DNA from: Eledone cirrhosa
Taxonomy: Eukaryota
Direction: 5' to 3'
NCBI GenBank assembly: GCA_964016885.1
Contig: OZ024751.1
Location: 38,626,001 to 38,690,000 of the forward strand
Length of the DNA: 64,000 nt
In this document: positions 29,693 through 45,252 of the stretch, piece by piece
How positions within the stretch are numbered: the first letter of the stretch is position 1
How the letters are laid out: each line of letters opens with the position of its first letter
The notes under the pieces: generated by a model
What the model was told of the DNA's origin: nothing
The model's database searches: none
What the model saw: the letters and a program-made list of their open reading frames with translations, nothing else
Translations under genes and position numbers: made by a program

Positions 29693-30577
29693 GCGTCTAC
29701 GTAATTGTGATTTCTGTGAGTGTATGTGAGTGTATATATGTGTATATATTGTTCATTCTCTTGCGTGTAGAATTTAACAAGTGAAGTTCTTTCGATTTAT
29801 GTTTTTTCAAGTTAATTTAAAGTTGATGTCAGATTCCTTCAAATACCTTTACACTGTCTTCAATTTTCATTACCGTATGTAACTTTATTGAAGTAAGATG
29901 AATTAGATAATCTTATTTATATTTTCAGCCAGTTTAGAAAATTATATTCACAGAAATAAATAGAATTCTATTTCAATGGTTATATATATATATATATCTG
30001 TGTGTATATATATATGTATATGCATCTTCACATTCATACATATCTACACACACATATATATAAACAAAGGAACACAGCTATATACATATATACATACATA
30101 TACATACAACATATATACATACACATACATATATACACATTTACATACATATTCATACAACATATATGCATACACATACATATATACATTATACATATAC
30201 ATACATATACAAATATACATACACATACACACAGATATATATATATATATATACATATATATATACATATATATATACACATACATATACATAGATATTA
30301 ACACACATACATAGAGTGACAGAGACAGACAGGCACATAGTATTGAAAATATTTCTGTCAATGATTCAATCGGCATAATATACAGATTTTGAAGATACAT
30401 TACATTCAATTGAAAACTTTATATCATGTCTACATAGTCGATCATATATTTCTTTCGCATCGTATCTAATAAATTCTCATAAATTAGAATGACGCTCATA
30501 AGTCAATGTGCATAGTGCATCTCCTTTCAACCCACCAGTCAGTGCAGCTGAAAATATTTTGTATGTAAGTGCGTATA

Positions 30578-30625
<48 letters not shown>

Positions 30626-30703
30626 GCACACAAACATATATACACACACACACAAACACACACACACACATGTATATATATATATGTGTGTGTGTGTGTG
30701 TCT

Positions 30704-30739
<36 letters not shown>

Positions 30740-31115
30740 CAGGAGGAGAGTGTGAGAGAAATTATTTGTATATCTTTGTGTCTCTGATCGAGAGAAACCC
30801 GCAGAGGGCCTGAAAGCCACAAATCAGAGTAGTATTCAACACATGATGATATCGAATGGGTATGCTGGTAAAGTAATGAGCTGGGGGAGGGGGGGGGCTC
30901 ACATTCACATATCTAATTCTTCTTTGTCCAATATATTACTGGAAAGGTCGGGAATACACAGTCCTTAAACCTTTCTTCCAGTCGATCCTATCAGAATCAG
31001 CCATCCCCAGTTCATCTGCCTAGATAATGGCATCAAGGAGTTATAAACTCGATGAGAACTAACCTCCTTAGTGTGTAAGGGCTGTAACATTTACTTGATG
31101 TGGGTAGGTTCCTTC

Positions 31116-31218
31116 TCTGAAGACTCTCTGCTGCCCAGCTCTCGTGAGAGTTTCGTACCAATACGTATATATGAACAGATTCAGAATCCCGACGGCTGAG
31201 CTCCGGCCGTTTCGACAG
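31116..31218 (-). mobile_element. Family A-related relic with two tandem HHR-like 3' halves
   Basis: Minus strand: GAAACGGC..GAGCTCAGCCGTC-GGGA (like family A), then TCTGAA..GAAA-CTCTC..GAGAG-TC-TTCAGA. Confidence 0.45.
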
Positions 31219-31490
31219 ATAGATCTTAGATAGTGATAATTTGAAAATGCGATGCATGCTTTTCCAACTCTGAATATAAATTAATAGGATGGGCACTATT
31301 AGACTTGTCACAGGAAGCAAACCTATACTTACTTCTTCGACAATTCTTCGACAAAAGACATGTATGGTTAGATTCTTATGGCTGAACATTGAGTCTATTT
31401 AACCAAACAAACTATTGCAAATAGTTAGGTTTGACCAAACAACCGATTGTAAATTTCGAAATTAATCCCATATTATCTGGAATTATTTGT

Positions 31491-31608
31491 ACTGAGTTCA
31501 AATCCCGCCGAGGTTAACTTTGCTTTTCATCCTTACGGGGTCGATAAAATAAAGTACCAGTAATGTACTGGATATTGCTGGTCTTGTGCCTAAAGTAGAA
31601 ACAATTAT
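31491..31608 (+). mobile_element. Octopod-type SINE fragment
   Basis: ctgagttcaaatcccgccgaggttaactttgcttttcatccttacggggtcgataaaataaagtaccag; homologous to 22555. Confidence 0.75.
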
Positions 31609-31885
31609 TTGTAATGTAATGACTGACGGGCTATTAAACTTCACCATCATGGGTTTCCAGGATCTATGTTCCTTTGAGCAACTGTTTTTTTTTTTTACCC
31701 TACCATCATGTAGAGAACAGCATGAGTACCTCTATATTAGATACACAGACACACGATTTCGTATGCTGGTTCAGTCCCAATACACGTGTCTGTGATTTCC
31801 ACGATAATTTAATGATTAAGACTTTTAGTTGATTGTTTCACTTTGATCCTCGATAGCAATGCAGAAACTCTAATCTATACACTAT

Positions 31886-32530
<645 letters not shown>

Positions 32531-33764
32531 GGTGTTTGTTGTATATATTAAATATTTCAAACTTTTTGTTGTATGCAACCTGTGTATTTCTATACTACCT
32601 ATCGCCATAGGGCTTCTGGTTAAAAGGAAATTTCTATTTGCCTTCGTTTGGGTTCGTGACATAATATACTTAACCAAATGGTGACCAAGCTACTTGATCC
32701 GTATAATGGGATAATATCACTTAAGCAAAGTATATCATTAAATAATGAATGGTTGATTATATTATAAAGAAAAGTAAAAAACACACACACACTCCCACTC
32801 ACATACACAATAAAATTATATAGTCTGATTTATGAATGTAATTCGTTCTGGCAGAGACATTAATAAAATACGACAAACTCTGACAGAGACTAATCTAAAA
32901 TTAATTTTAATGCGAAGCAAAATAAAAGCGAAGTGAAAAACTGTATGGCGTTTCTACTGATGTTGTTTGGCAACCAACTAAAAATGTCCTAATGGTTAGT
33001 TATCTAATGGACAGTAAAATTCTTTCTTTTATATAACATAATATATATAAATTGAATCTTAGATCTGAACAAAATGTAAGATTTTTGTTTAATAAAAATG
33101 TAACATTGTAAAGTAGGATCATATATATGGAGTTATGGTTGCCAGATTCCTGGAAGTATAGATGTTTGTAGGGGTCAAGCCTAACATGCAACATCATATA
33201 TACACCTGCCTCCTGCCTTGAACCCAGCCCTACGAAATCTCAACATAATACAGCGTAATATCTTCTAAACATCACCATTGAGAATATTTTACAAAAATGT
33301 AATGTAGCCTCGTATTTGTTATGATATGGGATTCTATTGAGCGAGAGATTGTATCCTGCGCACGGATCAAGGAATTTCATGTCAGAACAGCTTATCTACT
33401 GCTGGATCCTACCTGATACCCAGCACTAAGAACTGTCCGTATAGGATATTGTAGCATCTGAGCATCGGCATGAACAGACCGTCCAAAGCAGGTTGAGTGT
33501 AGTGAAAGAGACCAGAGTGCACCAAATAAGATCCCACCCCATCGACTTATGAAAAATTAATAACTCACCACCACGTCATTTCCACATTCTCACAGAAGCA
33601 CTCATTCTTATCTCTGAAATATTTATTTCATATAGGTATTGTATTACAAACTTAACTTAAATAAGTGGATATAAAATATTTCAATGCTTTATATAATTTT
33701 CTTTCACACGATATATACAAAAAAAATGTAATCTATTAATATATGTGAGTGTGTATGTACATGC

Positions 33765-33800
<36 letters not shown>

Positions 33801-34045
33801 GGCTAACAAAGTAATTAAAAACCAGTAGAATGCGTATTAATGTCATGTTTATTGAAGTGCATAGTCAAATGCTAGGTATATCAATAGGAGTATACTGTAA
33901 GAATGAAATAATTTATATACCTCTTTCGTGTTATAAATGTAATACAGAATTCGGTTTTATGAATATTTTCTGGTGTATAGAAGTAGCAATGTTTCAGTTG
34001 AAAGTTCCATTATGTACACTTCTAAAATATTCCTTGTTTTATATA

Positions 34046-34109
<64 letters not shown>

Positions 34110-34733
34110 ATATATATAATATAGCTTTAGATATTTCAGAGTATTTTTTAACCTTCTGACAAAATTGTATTACTTTCTAGTAGTACGGTTTTGTTGGTTT
34201 GAAAAAATGAATCCACAACAAATAGACATACACACATCTACTGAGGTTTACCAGAATATGCTGAATACACGCCATAGATTAAAGTGAATCATAATCATTT
34301 ATATCATCTCAGTAGCATCGTGATGCATAGGGGTGAGACCATCAGTTTCTCGTTTATTACATTCGTCTAAACCCCAACAATCATCATCTGTGAACGGATA
34401 ACGTGACAAAGTATAAATTTCAAGGGAGCTAATTAAGGCTCTCCTGGCTTGACGTTTCACATACAACCAAGTTTCCGCAACACGGTATTGGAATCTCTTC
34501 CAATTTTCTGATTCCAAACAGCACGTGGAATCCACTTTGTTTAACATGTTGTCCGGCATGTGTATAAATAGCAGGATTGATTTGATAATGGAATAAAGGA
34601 CGTGGATTCTTGTTGGCGAAATTGTTCGAAATGGTTTGTTAGCTTATATCTCTTGGTTACGTTATAAACGTCATAATTATACGTCACAAGCTAAACCAGT
34701 TAAAATAACATTTTATACATGCATATGTAGACA

Positions 34734-34791
<58 letters not shown>

Positions 34792-35413
34792 AGTAATATG
34801 TATTGCAGACACTCTTAATTATATACGTAAATATTCACATAACATATACATAGTTTCACATTAACTAATGTATATACACAATTTCACACACTGATTATGC
34901 TTACACATTCCCTGTCCGTAATAACGAATAAGAACACATACAGGCAGTCATATACTCACATAGTGCCTATAGATTATAAAATAGCCTATATACATATTCA
35001 GAAACAGTATGGAAGTAAAGTGACTTATAATTAAACTGTAGTGTAGTGGATGCGAAGGATTCTCGGAGTTCAATTACACTGCTTCAGCGCGGCAACTTGG
35101 GCAAGTGTCTATAATTTAACCTCGGGTCGTAGTAAATCTTGGGTAGACGGAACCTATGGAAACCCGTTTGAGTGCTTGAAACTAATTCAGCATTGCCAGA
35201 AATTGCGGCACGTTGATTCTTTTGGGGAATCATATTAAATATACAATCGTTTGAAATACTCAGCCACTTAAAACTGGATTCCCGACAGAGATAGTAAATT
35301 CGTCTAACAACCGAATGTCTAACATCAAACCCGACTAAGTATCTAGCATTCATTTACTGAAGTTACAATGACCAATGTGAGGTAGTAATTCTTCTTGTCC
35401 GTTATTCCCATAC

Positions 35414-35468
35414 TTAAAGTTCTCTGAAACCGACTTTCTCTGTTAAAGTTCTCTGAAACCGACTTTCT
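35414..35468 (+). repeat. 29-bp tandem duplication
   Basis: ttaaagttctctgaaaccgactttct at 35414 and 35443. Confidence 0.9.
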
Positions 35469-37019
35469 GCCAATTGATCTGTATGGTGTTTATATATTTT
35501 GAATACCAGTGATATACTGAAAAATCTGTCACATGCGTCTTCTCTAAACTTAGACACCTACACAATTTAAAATACGAGATATAGTATAAAAATAATATAT
35601 TCATTTTACTGTAACTTCCCGACACCAATGTAAACCCGGAGGTTATTGTCTGAGTAGAATATTTTAATACAACCATGCTATATATATATATTTATTTTAT
35701 GATATATATTGTTAAATATAATACAATATATCCCTGCGATTTATCATTTTCTCCGATTATTTCACCATAGTTTTGATTTTGTTTGCTTTTATTTGAAAAA
35801 AACTGTAAAAAATTCAGATTTTTTTCACTCCCATCTTATTCCTTCAAACGTATTTTAAAATAGATAATGAAAAAAATAGACGGGACTATTATTATGTCAA
35901 TTACATCTTTTATAATGAATAAAACAGAAGTTTCGAATCAAAGATGTTGTATTGCTTTGAAAAATAAGAATATAATATTTAACAAAGAATAAAATAATAT
36001 AAAAATATTCCTTAACATATAATTATCGAAAGAAAAACGTCCATTTTTCTTTTTACCTTTAAATTCTATGTATTTTTTGGTTTTATTTACTTTTATTTGA
36101 AATTTTGTTTTTGAAAATAATTAAAATAATGAAAGAAAAATTTATAAAGGAAAATTATTATAATAAAAACGATTTAACTCCTTTTGGGAAGAAACTAATA
36201 ACTAACTTCATAGTATTTGTTTTCTGTCATTGAAGACAATAGTATGAAGAGAGAATAGAAAATAAAAAAAAAAGAAACGTAAATGTAATAACAACTTTAA
36301 GTAGAGTTTCGTGCTGATCTATATTATTATCCCGGCAAGCTATTATGGCAAATATAGACGTCAGTCTCTCGCTAATCAATCCTTGTCGAGACATCACCAT
36401 TATAATTCTGGATGTTATATCATCTGATGTTTTACAATCAGATGTATTATTATTTTATTTTTTATTATTTCGTCATTTATTTATGAAACAAATAGAGAAA
36501 TAAATATACAAATATAAAATAAAATGTCTTTTTATTTTGTGTTAACAGATAACAGTCGTTTGGTTAATACTTCTGAAACCTCGCACTCGCAATGATTTAT
36601 TTATAATACGACAGTGAAATAGAAAACATAGTTCTTAATTGTAAAATATATGACTGCAAGTAAACAAAGGCTAAAAAATATATTACAATAGTCGAATATG
36701 GGAACTAAAAGGGATGACATATCTGGCTGTAAAGGCATTGCCACAAAAACAATTTCTAGTTTGTAACAATCATTTCAAGGGGCTCGCACAGTTAATTCCT
36801 GCAGTCACTGGAACATTGTCCTCAAAATGCATGTTGATAGAATATAATAGATGAAATTGAATATAATAGATTAAAATATATCGTAGGACCATAGTCATCA
36901 TGTTCCCGAATGAGGATGAACTGAGAGAGATATTAACATGAAGGAAGCATAGCTTCATGACAGGACATTAGCAACAATATCACCAATAATATTGATTCTT
37001 CCACAGTCAGAAAGGTGGA

Positions 37020-37470
37020 CATTTGGAGAAGGTGCAGAGCCGATTATATAGGTCCAAGAACTTAAATGATGTTTTATTTTCTCGACACCGGAAGGATGAA
37101 TGAGGATGTCAATTACACGGATCCCAGAACATTAGTGGTACTTTATTTTATTGAAATTTAAAGGATGAAATGAAAATTTGACCACGGTGGTACTTGGCGC
37201 CAGAACGTAATGATGCACAACAAGTCTTTGTTCAACGTTCTTACAACTGCGTCAATCCATCACCTTTCCACCAATAATAATGCGTTCTACTATAGCCACA
37301 AGGCCAGCATTCTTGGGGGTAGAGGAAATCGATTAAATTGATCCCAGTGCATTACTGATGCTTTATTTATTCGATCTCATAAGGATGAAAAGCAAAGCTA
37401 ACCTCGGCGAGATATGAACTCAGATTATAAAGCGCCAGAACTATGCTGGAGAGTATGGTGACTGACGTTC
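37020..37470 (-). mobile_element. Cluster of three degenerate SINE copies
   Basis: aaggatgaa at ~37093, 37161 and 37381, each preceded by gatccca/gtccaa..tttattt: the reverse complement of the 22555 core. Confidence 0.6.
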
Positions 37471-37539
37471 TACTCTTTGTTTTTAAGTTAGCGCAAACTA
37501 CCATTTATTTTACTCCTGTAAACATATTACTATTTTAAC

Positions 37540-37705
37540 AGGAGTGGCTGTGAGTTAGGAATTCACTTCGCAAACTTGTGGTTTCTTATTGAATCAAATG
37601 CACAGTATATTGAGCAAATATTGTGTAGTATATCCGCCAGTTGACTTATGTTTTGTGAGTGAAATTTGGTTGGCGAAATTTGAAATGTCCCCTCGTATAT
37701 ATGTG
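37540..37705 (+). mobile_element. Degenerate tRNA-derived SINE (second family)
   Basis: ggagtggctgtg head...ttgtgagtgaaatttgg..ggcgaaa..gaaa..cgtatatatg. Related pieces at ~35060-35170 (+) and ~9800-9945 (-). Confidence 0.5.
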
Positions 37706-38074
37706 TATATTTGTCCCTGTATGTATACTTGTTCCTTGTATCATTGTATATGTAGAAGTATTCAATGCTACGATGTTATATTCCCATTACATCGTATAAA
37801 ATCTCTGCAACTTTGGATTTATATGCAGTTTATTATATGTATATGAATTATTCAACAATATAAAATATATTGTATAATATATTTTATGTACAAAATAGAA
37901 TCAAATAGAGTGAATTCTTCCTCAAATTTAATAAAGGTTATTTCTATACAAATATTCGAGAAGCAATTAAATTCCCACAAATTATACAGAGCTCAAGAGA
38001 GCAAGTACCACGTCGTGAGACGTTCAATTTTCATTCACATACATGTATTCTTTTTTCAGAGACATATAACAATA

Positions 38075-38220
<146 letters not shown>

Positions 38221-38336
38221 CCTGTGTGTGATAAAACGAGAGTGGGGTGGGATAAAGAGGAGAGTATAAGAGGAAAGACTGAAACATATTACTGAAGGCA
38301 TTTGTGATAAATGTCTTATATAGATCCATTTATACG

Positions 38337-38377
<41 letters not shown>

Positions 38378-38599
38378 TGCAGAATATAAAAAAATATGTC
38401 TTTCCTGTTTAAAGGTATTACGAATAAAATTACTTATTTGAAAATATATGTAGGATTGTAAGAAAGAACTATATCTATCGACATTGTCGTCTGTACAGAG
38501 TATATACAAATGTGAATTACAAACACGATACGTTACTGGGTGACAATTCGGAACATAGTTGAAATACCTTTATTTGCGAAAGTATTTATCCTCGGCGTC

Positions 38600-38710
38600 A
38601 GGCGGATGGCATATGGTAAGTGTTTGGGATTTACGATTATATTGTCATGGGTTCGATTCCTTGACTGGATTTTGTGCTGTTTTGTCGAGCGAAAACATAA
38701 TTTAAGTGTT
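38600..38710 (+). mobile_element. Degenerate tRNA-derived SINE head
   Basis: tggcatatggtaag...gggttcgattcc A/B-box-like spacing, similar to the 25467 head. Confidence 0.45.
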
Positions 38711-39232
38711 TTTTTAAATATAGTCAGATGAACGTGAGTGCCAGCAAAGCATGCGGGTTTAACAGTGCGATGGATTGTCGTCTTTTCCATGGGCGGGAGT
38801 AGTTTTGTACACGCAGTTGCTTAACTTTACGGAAACCAAAATAAATACCGTTCGAACGAGCCTCCTTGCTCGATACAGAATCAGCATCCTGGAGTACCAC
38901 ATACAGAAATTTGGCCCATACATATATATATAAGGGAGAGTCAACGAAAATGACGGAATAAGGGTCAGTCCCATATATAATGATAAAACGAAACAACTTT
39001 AACCGGTTACATATATTATACCGATTCACTGGTAGGAAAATGTAATACTTTACAGATCATTGTCACACTTCATTATAAAAGTATGCATTTGTATACGTAA
39101 GTGAATATGAATGTTTATCGCTCTCGGTCTGTCTATGCATGTATATAAGACCCTCTTTCTGCTATTTCAAATGGTAACCTAATACATTTCTTCCATATAC
39201 TGAACCCATTGTGTTGTTATATATGTGTACCT

Positions 39233-39700
<468 letters not shown>

Positions 39701-39707
<7 letters not shown>

Positions 39708-39842
39708 TAACAGATTAAAGTTTAAGCAAAGAATCACTGCTTTCACCCTTAATTCACGGGATCTTCTGAAATATATAAATATATATATATTATCCTTATC
39801 GAGCCCTCTTCGGATTTTAGTCTTCACATTTATTATTATTAC
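39701..39842. mobile_element. Family D internally deleted copy between (TA)n tracts
   Basis: 39701-39771 matches the left arm at 54501; 39791-39842 matches the tail ending at 55075. Confidence 0.75.
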
Positions 39843-40239
39843 TATATATATATATATACATACATATACATGTACATACATACATACATAATTATATATA
39901 TGCAAAAACACATACACGCACATACTTACACATACAGGCCTGTATGTGAGGTTGTATGTATGTGTGTATGTGTACTTGGAAGTATGCTGCTTGCTACAAT
40001 CTTCAACTTGATTAACGATCAAACTGACATTGTTCTTTCCATTTGCTTTCAATAGAATCTTCTTTTAGTCTCTGCACTCTCTGCAGTCGTCACATTCTCT
40101 AGTCATATTATCTTCAACATTCTCAATTGGTTGCATTGTTGAAGTCGTCCCAATTGTTTTTCTTTTTACTCTTTATTATTGACAGTATATGTTACGACAT
40201 TTTGTTTTTCTTTCAATTTAGATGCGTCATATGCATACA

Positions 40240-40240
40240 T

Positions 40241-40299
<59 letters not shown>

Positions 40300-40330
40300 C
40301 ACCCAAATATATGTGTATAGATATATATAT

Positions 40331-40385
<55 letters not shown>

Positions 40386-40406
40386 AATATATGTGTATTT
40401 ATAAAT

Positions 40407-40461
<55 letters not shown>

Positions 40462-40492
40462 CACCCAAATATATGTGTATAGATATATATAT

Positions 40493-40529
<37 letters not shown>

Positions 40530-40651
40530 CATACAAATATGTGTGTATTTATAAATACAAATATATATATATATATACATACATACAAATATGTGTGTAT
40601 TTATAAATACAAATATATATATATATTTATAAATATATATATATATATATT

Positions 40652-40745
<94 letters not shown>

Positions 40746-40777
40746 CACACAAATATATATATATATATACACACACA
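40240..40777. repeat. Higher-order repeat built from (TA)n and short spacers
   Basis: catacacccaaatatatgtgtatagat x2 and gtgtatttataaatacaaat x3, separated by TA runs. Confidence 0.85.
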
Positions 40778-42519
40778 TGGAGAGAGAGAGAAGAGGGAGA
40801 GAAACAGATATAGATATATATAGTCATATATACATACGTGTATGTGTGTATATGTTTTCTCCTTTGCCTGTTATTGTTCCTACTGTCTGTGTGACTGTTG
40901 TTAACACAACGTTCTTTTATCGTCTCAAATTAGTTATTTTTTTACGTATTTTCATCTACTTTTGCTGTTGCTTTTATTTTATGCGATTGTTTCTTTTACG
41001 TTTGCTGTTTCGTTTTCTGAAATGTTTTATCACTTCCTTTTTTTTCCCTTTATATTCCGAATTATAAGAACAAGTGTATTGCTTTCAGTTCCAACGCTAT
41101 TAACATCACTACATCCAATATACTTCAGTAATTTAACTTCATTTCAGATTTTCTTCCATTTTATTTCGCATACTTCAATTTACTTTGAGCAACAACCCTT
41201 TCCATTTCAATTGACTAAGATCTCACCCACTTATTGACACATTTCTCTATCGCTCTCTCCTTTCACTATGTATCTCTCTCACTCTCAGTAACTCAACTTT
41301 CTCACTTTTTCTCAATCTCAATCACTTTCCTTTTTTCCACCATCTTGACACAATGTATTTTCATTGTGACAGATGAAAAAATAATAAATCCGTTTCCAGC
41401 TAACACCCATTTTGGCATTGCCATTTCGTCTCTTACTCGGTTACAAAATGTCATTATTGCTTTACTTTAGAAGCTATTCTTATGTTTGTTGTTGTTGCAA
41501 TTAAGAGGATAGGCGGGAGATATAGTAGTACGTAGGATAACAGTTCTTCGATTGCTAATTTTATATGCTTTACGTAGTGCGTTCAAATCCCCATAGTATC
41601 GGAGTTGTGATTTCTTAATTCGGAGAAGTAGTGGCTCTACTTAGAGTGATCTGATCTCCGAGCTACGCGCTTTATCGAGTAACGTTAATCCAACGACACT
41701 TCGGAAAATCCCTAGTTTGACTCCTCACGATCGCATTCTTTCGGTCATTATTCAAGCGTCATTACCATAGTTACGGGTTAGCAACTAACTACACTTAACA
41801 TTACACTTAACTGATACATACTCGTTGACGGATATAATGATGAATATATACAACGGTATCTCCTTAATGATTGCTACCTCTGTACTGGGGAAGAGCTAAG
41901 CACGTTTGGCGTATATTGAGATCGCAGGAAGAGATTCTGAATTAAAATCTATAAAACAATATGTGCTGCATATATTCAATGGCAATTATGTTTAGTTTAA
42001 ATTTGTAATAATATCAAATCCCTCCGACAGATAAAAAAATAAGCTGCCAATTGTGGCAAAATTATTAAAACTTTTGATAATATGGTCAACCTCTTCAATA
42101 TTATTGAATTTGAAATGAAAAACGTTGAAGATAATGAAATATGCCTCACGTCTTATATTTAAAATACATTTTATTTGATTTTTTTTTTTTGTACATTTAT
42201 AATTTAAATGTAAAATTCATTCAACATGGCTACGACTGCTCTGGTGGTTAGGAGAGAATTTCGGCATAAAGGAAACAACAATTATTTAATTATTAACATT
42301 ATTAGCAACAGTTAAAGTGACAGCTTCACTGTGAATAGTTATATTAGATTAATATTATGTAGAATGAATGAAAAAAAAGGATTTAATGCATGTTTATGAA
42401 GAAACCAGGTTTGGTTTGTTTGAATATATTCAATTAGGGCTCCATACCGGCAGATTCATTAGATCATCAGGCAGGGGGGGGGGGGGGTTGCTGTATTAAT
42501 TTCGGCTCCCCACTGTCTG

Positions 42520-42722
42520 AATAAAAATCCTACTAAGCTCAACTTTGTCTTTCATCATTCGAGATCCATAAAAAGTACTAGACTATGACTGGGGCCGAGT
42601 CGATTCTTCTTCTACATCTCTCACTTCTATACTCTCACTCTCTATCATTCGCTGTAAGAAATATATTGTTTTCATACCTGTAAAGGATTGGGGGTCCACT
42701 AGGTTTTAAAATGCCTAGAAAC
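42520..42722 (+). mobile_element. Old SINE-related dispersed repeat
   Basis: Colinear diverged match to 5-205. Confidence 0.55.
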
Positions 42723-43183
42723 AACATTTACTATGCCATGCTGCCTATATTTAACGTCTTCTTAATTTCACTACATGTCATATATATTAAAGATCTGCAC
42801 TACTTGACAAAACATATTTACCGCATTTATTCATGCTATGTATTTTTAATCCCAGCCATCAACTGTTTTTCATTACACCACACTTCATCATATAGAATAA
42901 ATAAAAGATGTCCATAGTTCCATACATCCAATTCACTCTTTCAATACAACATTTCCGTAAGCAGTATTAATAAATCAACTCTCTTTTAGAGGCATTTTTT
43001 ATACAGAAATATTTTTAATACAATTACTATTACTCTTGCTACTTCTTTAGAGACCGAAGTTAATATATCATTATATTAACTTTATGGGTTTTTTTTTTAT
43101 TAGAATTGGTGTTATTATCAATAAGTTATTTTTATCATTACGTTGATAATAGTACAACTACCGCCATTACTACAGCAACTAAT

Positions 43184-43222
<39 letters not shown>

Positions 43223-43585
43223 GTGATCATGGTGCATCTGCTTGGCCACATTCCACGACCCGGAATAGGAAAAAGTTCAACAACAACAATATCAGCAGCA
43301 ATGATAATAATATCCATACTAATAATACTATTGATAGTAATAGTTATGACAATATTCTCATCAAAACCTTCCTTACGTTTATCATCATCAGCAGCATGCT
43401 CAACCTATATACATCTTTATAACCATCAATATTATTATAAGCATCAGGTTTATCATAATCTCAAAATGTCTCCACCCTCACAAATCATAATCAACATTAA
43501 TATTATTGTTGTTTTAATAATGATGATGATTATTAATACTGCCAATGGTTATAATGAATATAGCGATGATAGTGATGATATTGCC

Positions 43586-43783
43586 GATGATAATGATGAT
43601 GATACTGCTTATGATGATGGTGCTACTGGTGATGATAATGATGATGATACTGCTTATGATGATGGTGCTACTGGTGATGATAATGATGATGATACTGCTT
43701 ATGATGATGGTGCTACTGGTGATGATAATGATGATGATACTGCTTATGATGATGGTGCTACTGGTGATGATAATGATGATGAT
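43586..43783 (+). repeat. 45-bp minisatellite, 4 perfect copies plus a partial, in (GAT)n-rich DNA
   Basis: Unit gatgataatgatgatgatactgcttatgatgatggtgctactggt at 43586, 43631, 43676 and 43721. Confidence 0.95.
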
Positions 43784-44984
43784 AATGATGATGATGATAC
43801 TGGTGATGATGATACTGCTTATGATAATGATAATGATGATACTGGTGATGATGATACTGTTGTTGATGATGATGATGCTTATGATAATGATGTTTATGTT
43901 GATTTTATAGCTTTTTTTCTCCCCTCACTGAATCGATTCTTGTTGTAAACTTAACTTGTCTTTCTATTTCCTTTAATATTTCTATTTTGTTTTTTTACAG
44001 AATTTCATTTCCCTCGTCTTCACCTTGTTTATTTTTATACATGTATTGTTTATTATATTTTCTCTCTCGCACATTGCCTTCGTTCTGTCCATATTTAAAT
44101 GCAATAAATTCAGATAAAAACATTTTTGGCTACCAAAACCAGCCAAGTTCTGTCACTATGACATTGATTGAAGCAAAATAACTGACCGCGCCGCTTCTCG
44201 CTCCAATTTATTGCCACTTTTTGACCTGCGAGAATTTATAAAATACATTGTTTATTTATTATATTTATTTTCTACATTTTTATTTTTTCGCATTCTATTT
44301 TTCTCTCTCCTCTCGTCTGTTTATTTTGCTTTGCTTTATTGCTGGTTGTCTGTACGCACAGAAAAATTAAATCGTATGGTGGAGATGAGCTACAGAAAAA
44401 GAATGAAAATACCCTCGTTACAGAAGAGCTAAAGAAAATAATTTAAGGATACTATATATATCATATAAAGAAAATGGAAGACACTGATCGCCAGATCTGA
44501 TCAAGTAACCTATCGCTCTGTTGGTCTATTTATTGATGATATTTTCTCAAATGCTATATTCATTAATCATTCTATCTTTCTGTCACAATATCTGGTATAA
44601 GGACTCACAATTTAAAACGCAATATACAAAGCCGAATGAGATACGAAAGCATTGTCACTACACTGCTATTATATCATATATACCTGCTCAAACTCCCTCA
44701 GACATGAGAAATGTCTATGACACATAAATATCGTGAAATGTGTTTCCTTAAATATATTAAACCTATAAGAAATATGTAGACGAGCTAAAATAGCAAAGAT
44801 TAAACGACAAATAAGTTAGGTGGAAGTAAGTCAAAATAAACCATCTATAGTTTACAATGAATATTGTATATTTATAATACTAGATATGTTCCATACATCA
44901 CTCACTAAAACAAACCACGGGTGCACATTATATATATATAAATTATATATGGGAAACGCAAATATGTATGTCTTTACTTGTGTG

Positions 44985-45017
<33 letters not shown>

Positions 45018-45019
<2 letters not shown>

Positions 45020-45217
45020 CGAAGGAAATGTGGTAAGGAACCAGGTGGACCATAACGCACCAAAGTACTCAATACTTGGGGTAGTAGAGTGGGTAATAGG
45101 AACCAGTAAGACCCCGACGGCTGAGCTCAAGCCGTTTCGACGGCTAATTCTGGACTAATTCAGTCCAGAATTAGCCGTCGAAACGGCTTGAGCTCAGCCG
45201 TCGGGGTCTTACTGGTT

Positions 45218-45222
<5 letters not shown>
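45018..45222. mobile_element. Family A short copy: perfect 61-bp hairpin plus 78-bp tail, in (TA)n
   Basis: 45018-45156 matches 12293-12431. 45096-45156 and 45162-45222 are perfect inverted arms with a 5-nt loop. Confidence 0.85.

Positions 45223-45252
<30 letters not shown>

Noticed and set aside
34299-34559. 86-aa ORF with KR/RR sites (neuropeptide-like) and INPAIY in another frame
   Set aside because: No signal peptide, repeated peptides, TM helix or clear splice context.
36860-36945. Possible LINE RT remnant (IVIMFPNEDELREIL)
   Set aside because: No YADD motif and too short to call.
42460-42475. Isolated CTGANGA matches (also 51205, 52946, 53274, 63853)
   Set aside because: No stem II or GAAA follows; expected by chance.
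43586-43783. Regular repeats as a CRISPR array
   Set aside because: Head-to-tail units with no unique spacers; eukaryotic context, no cas genes.
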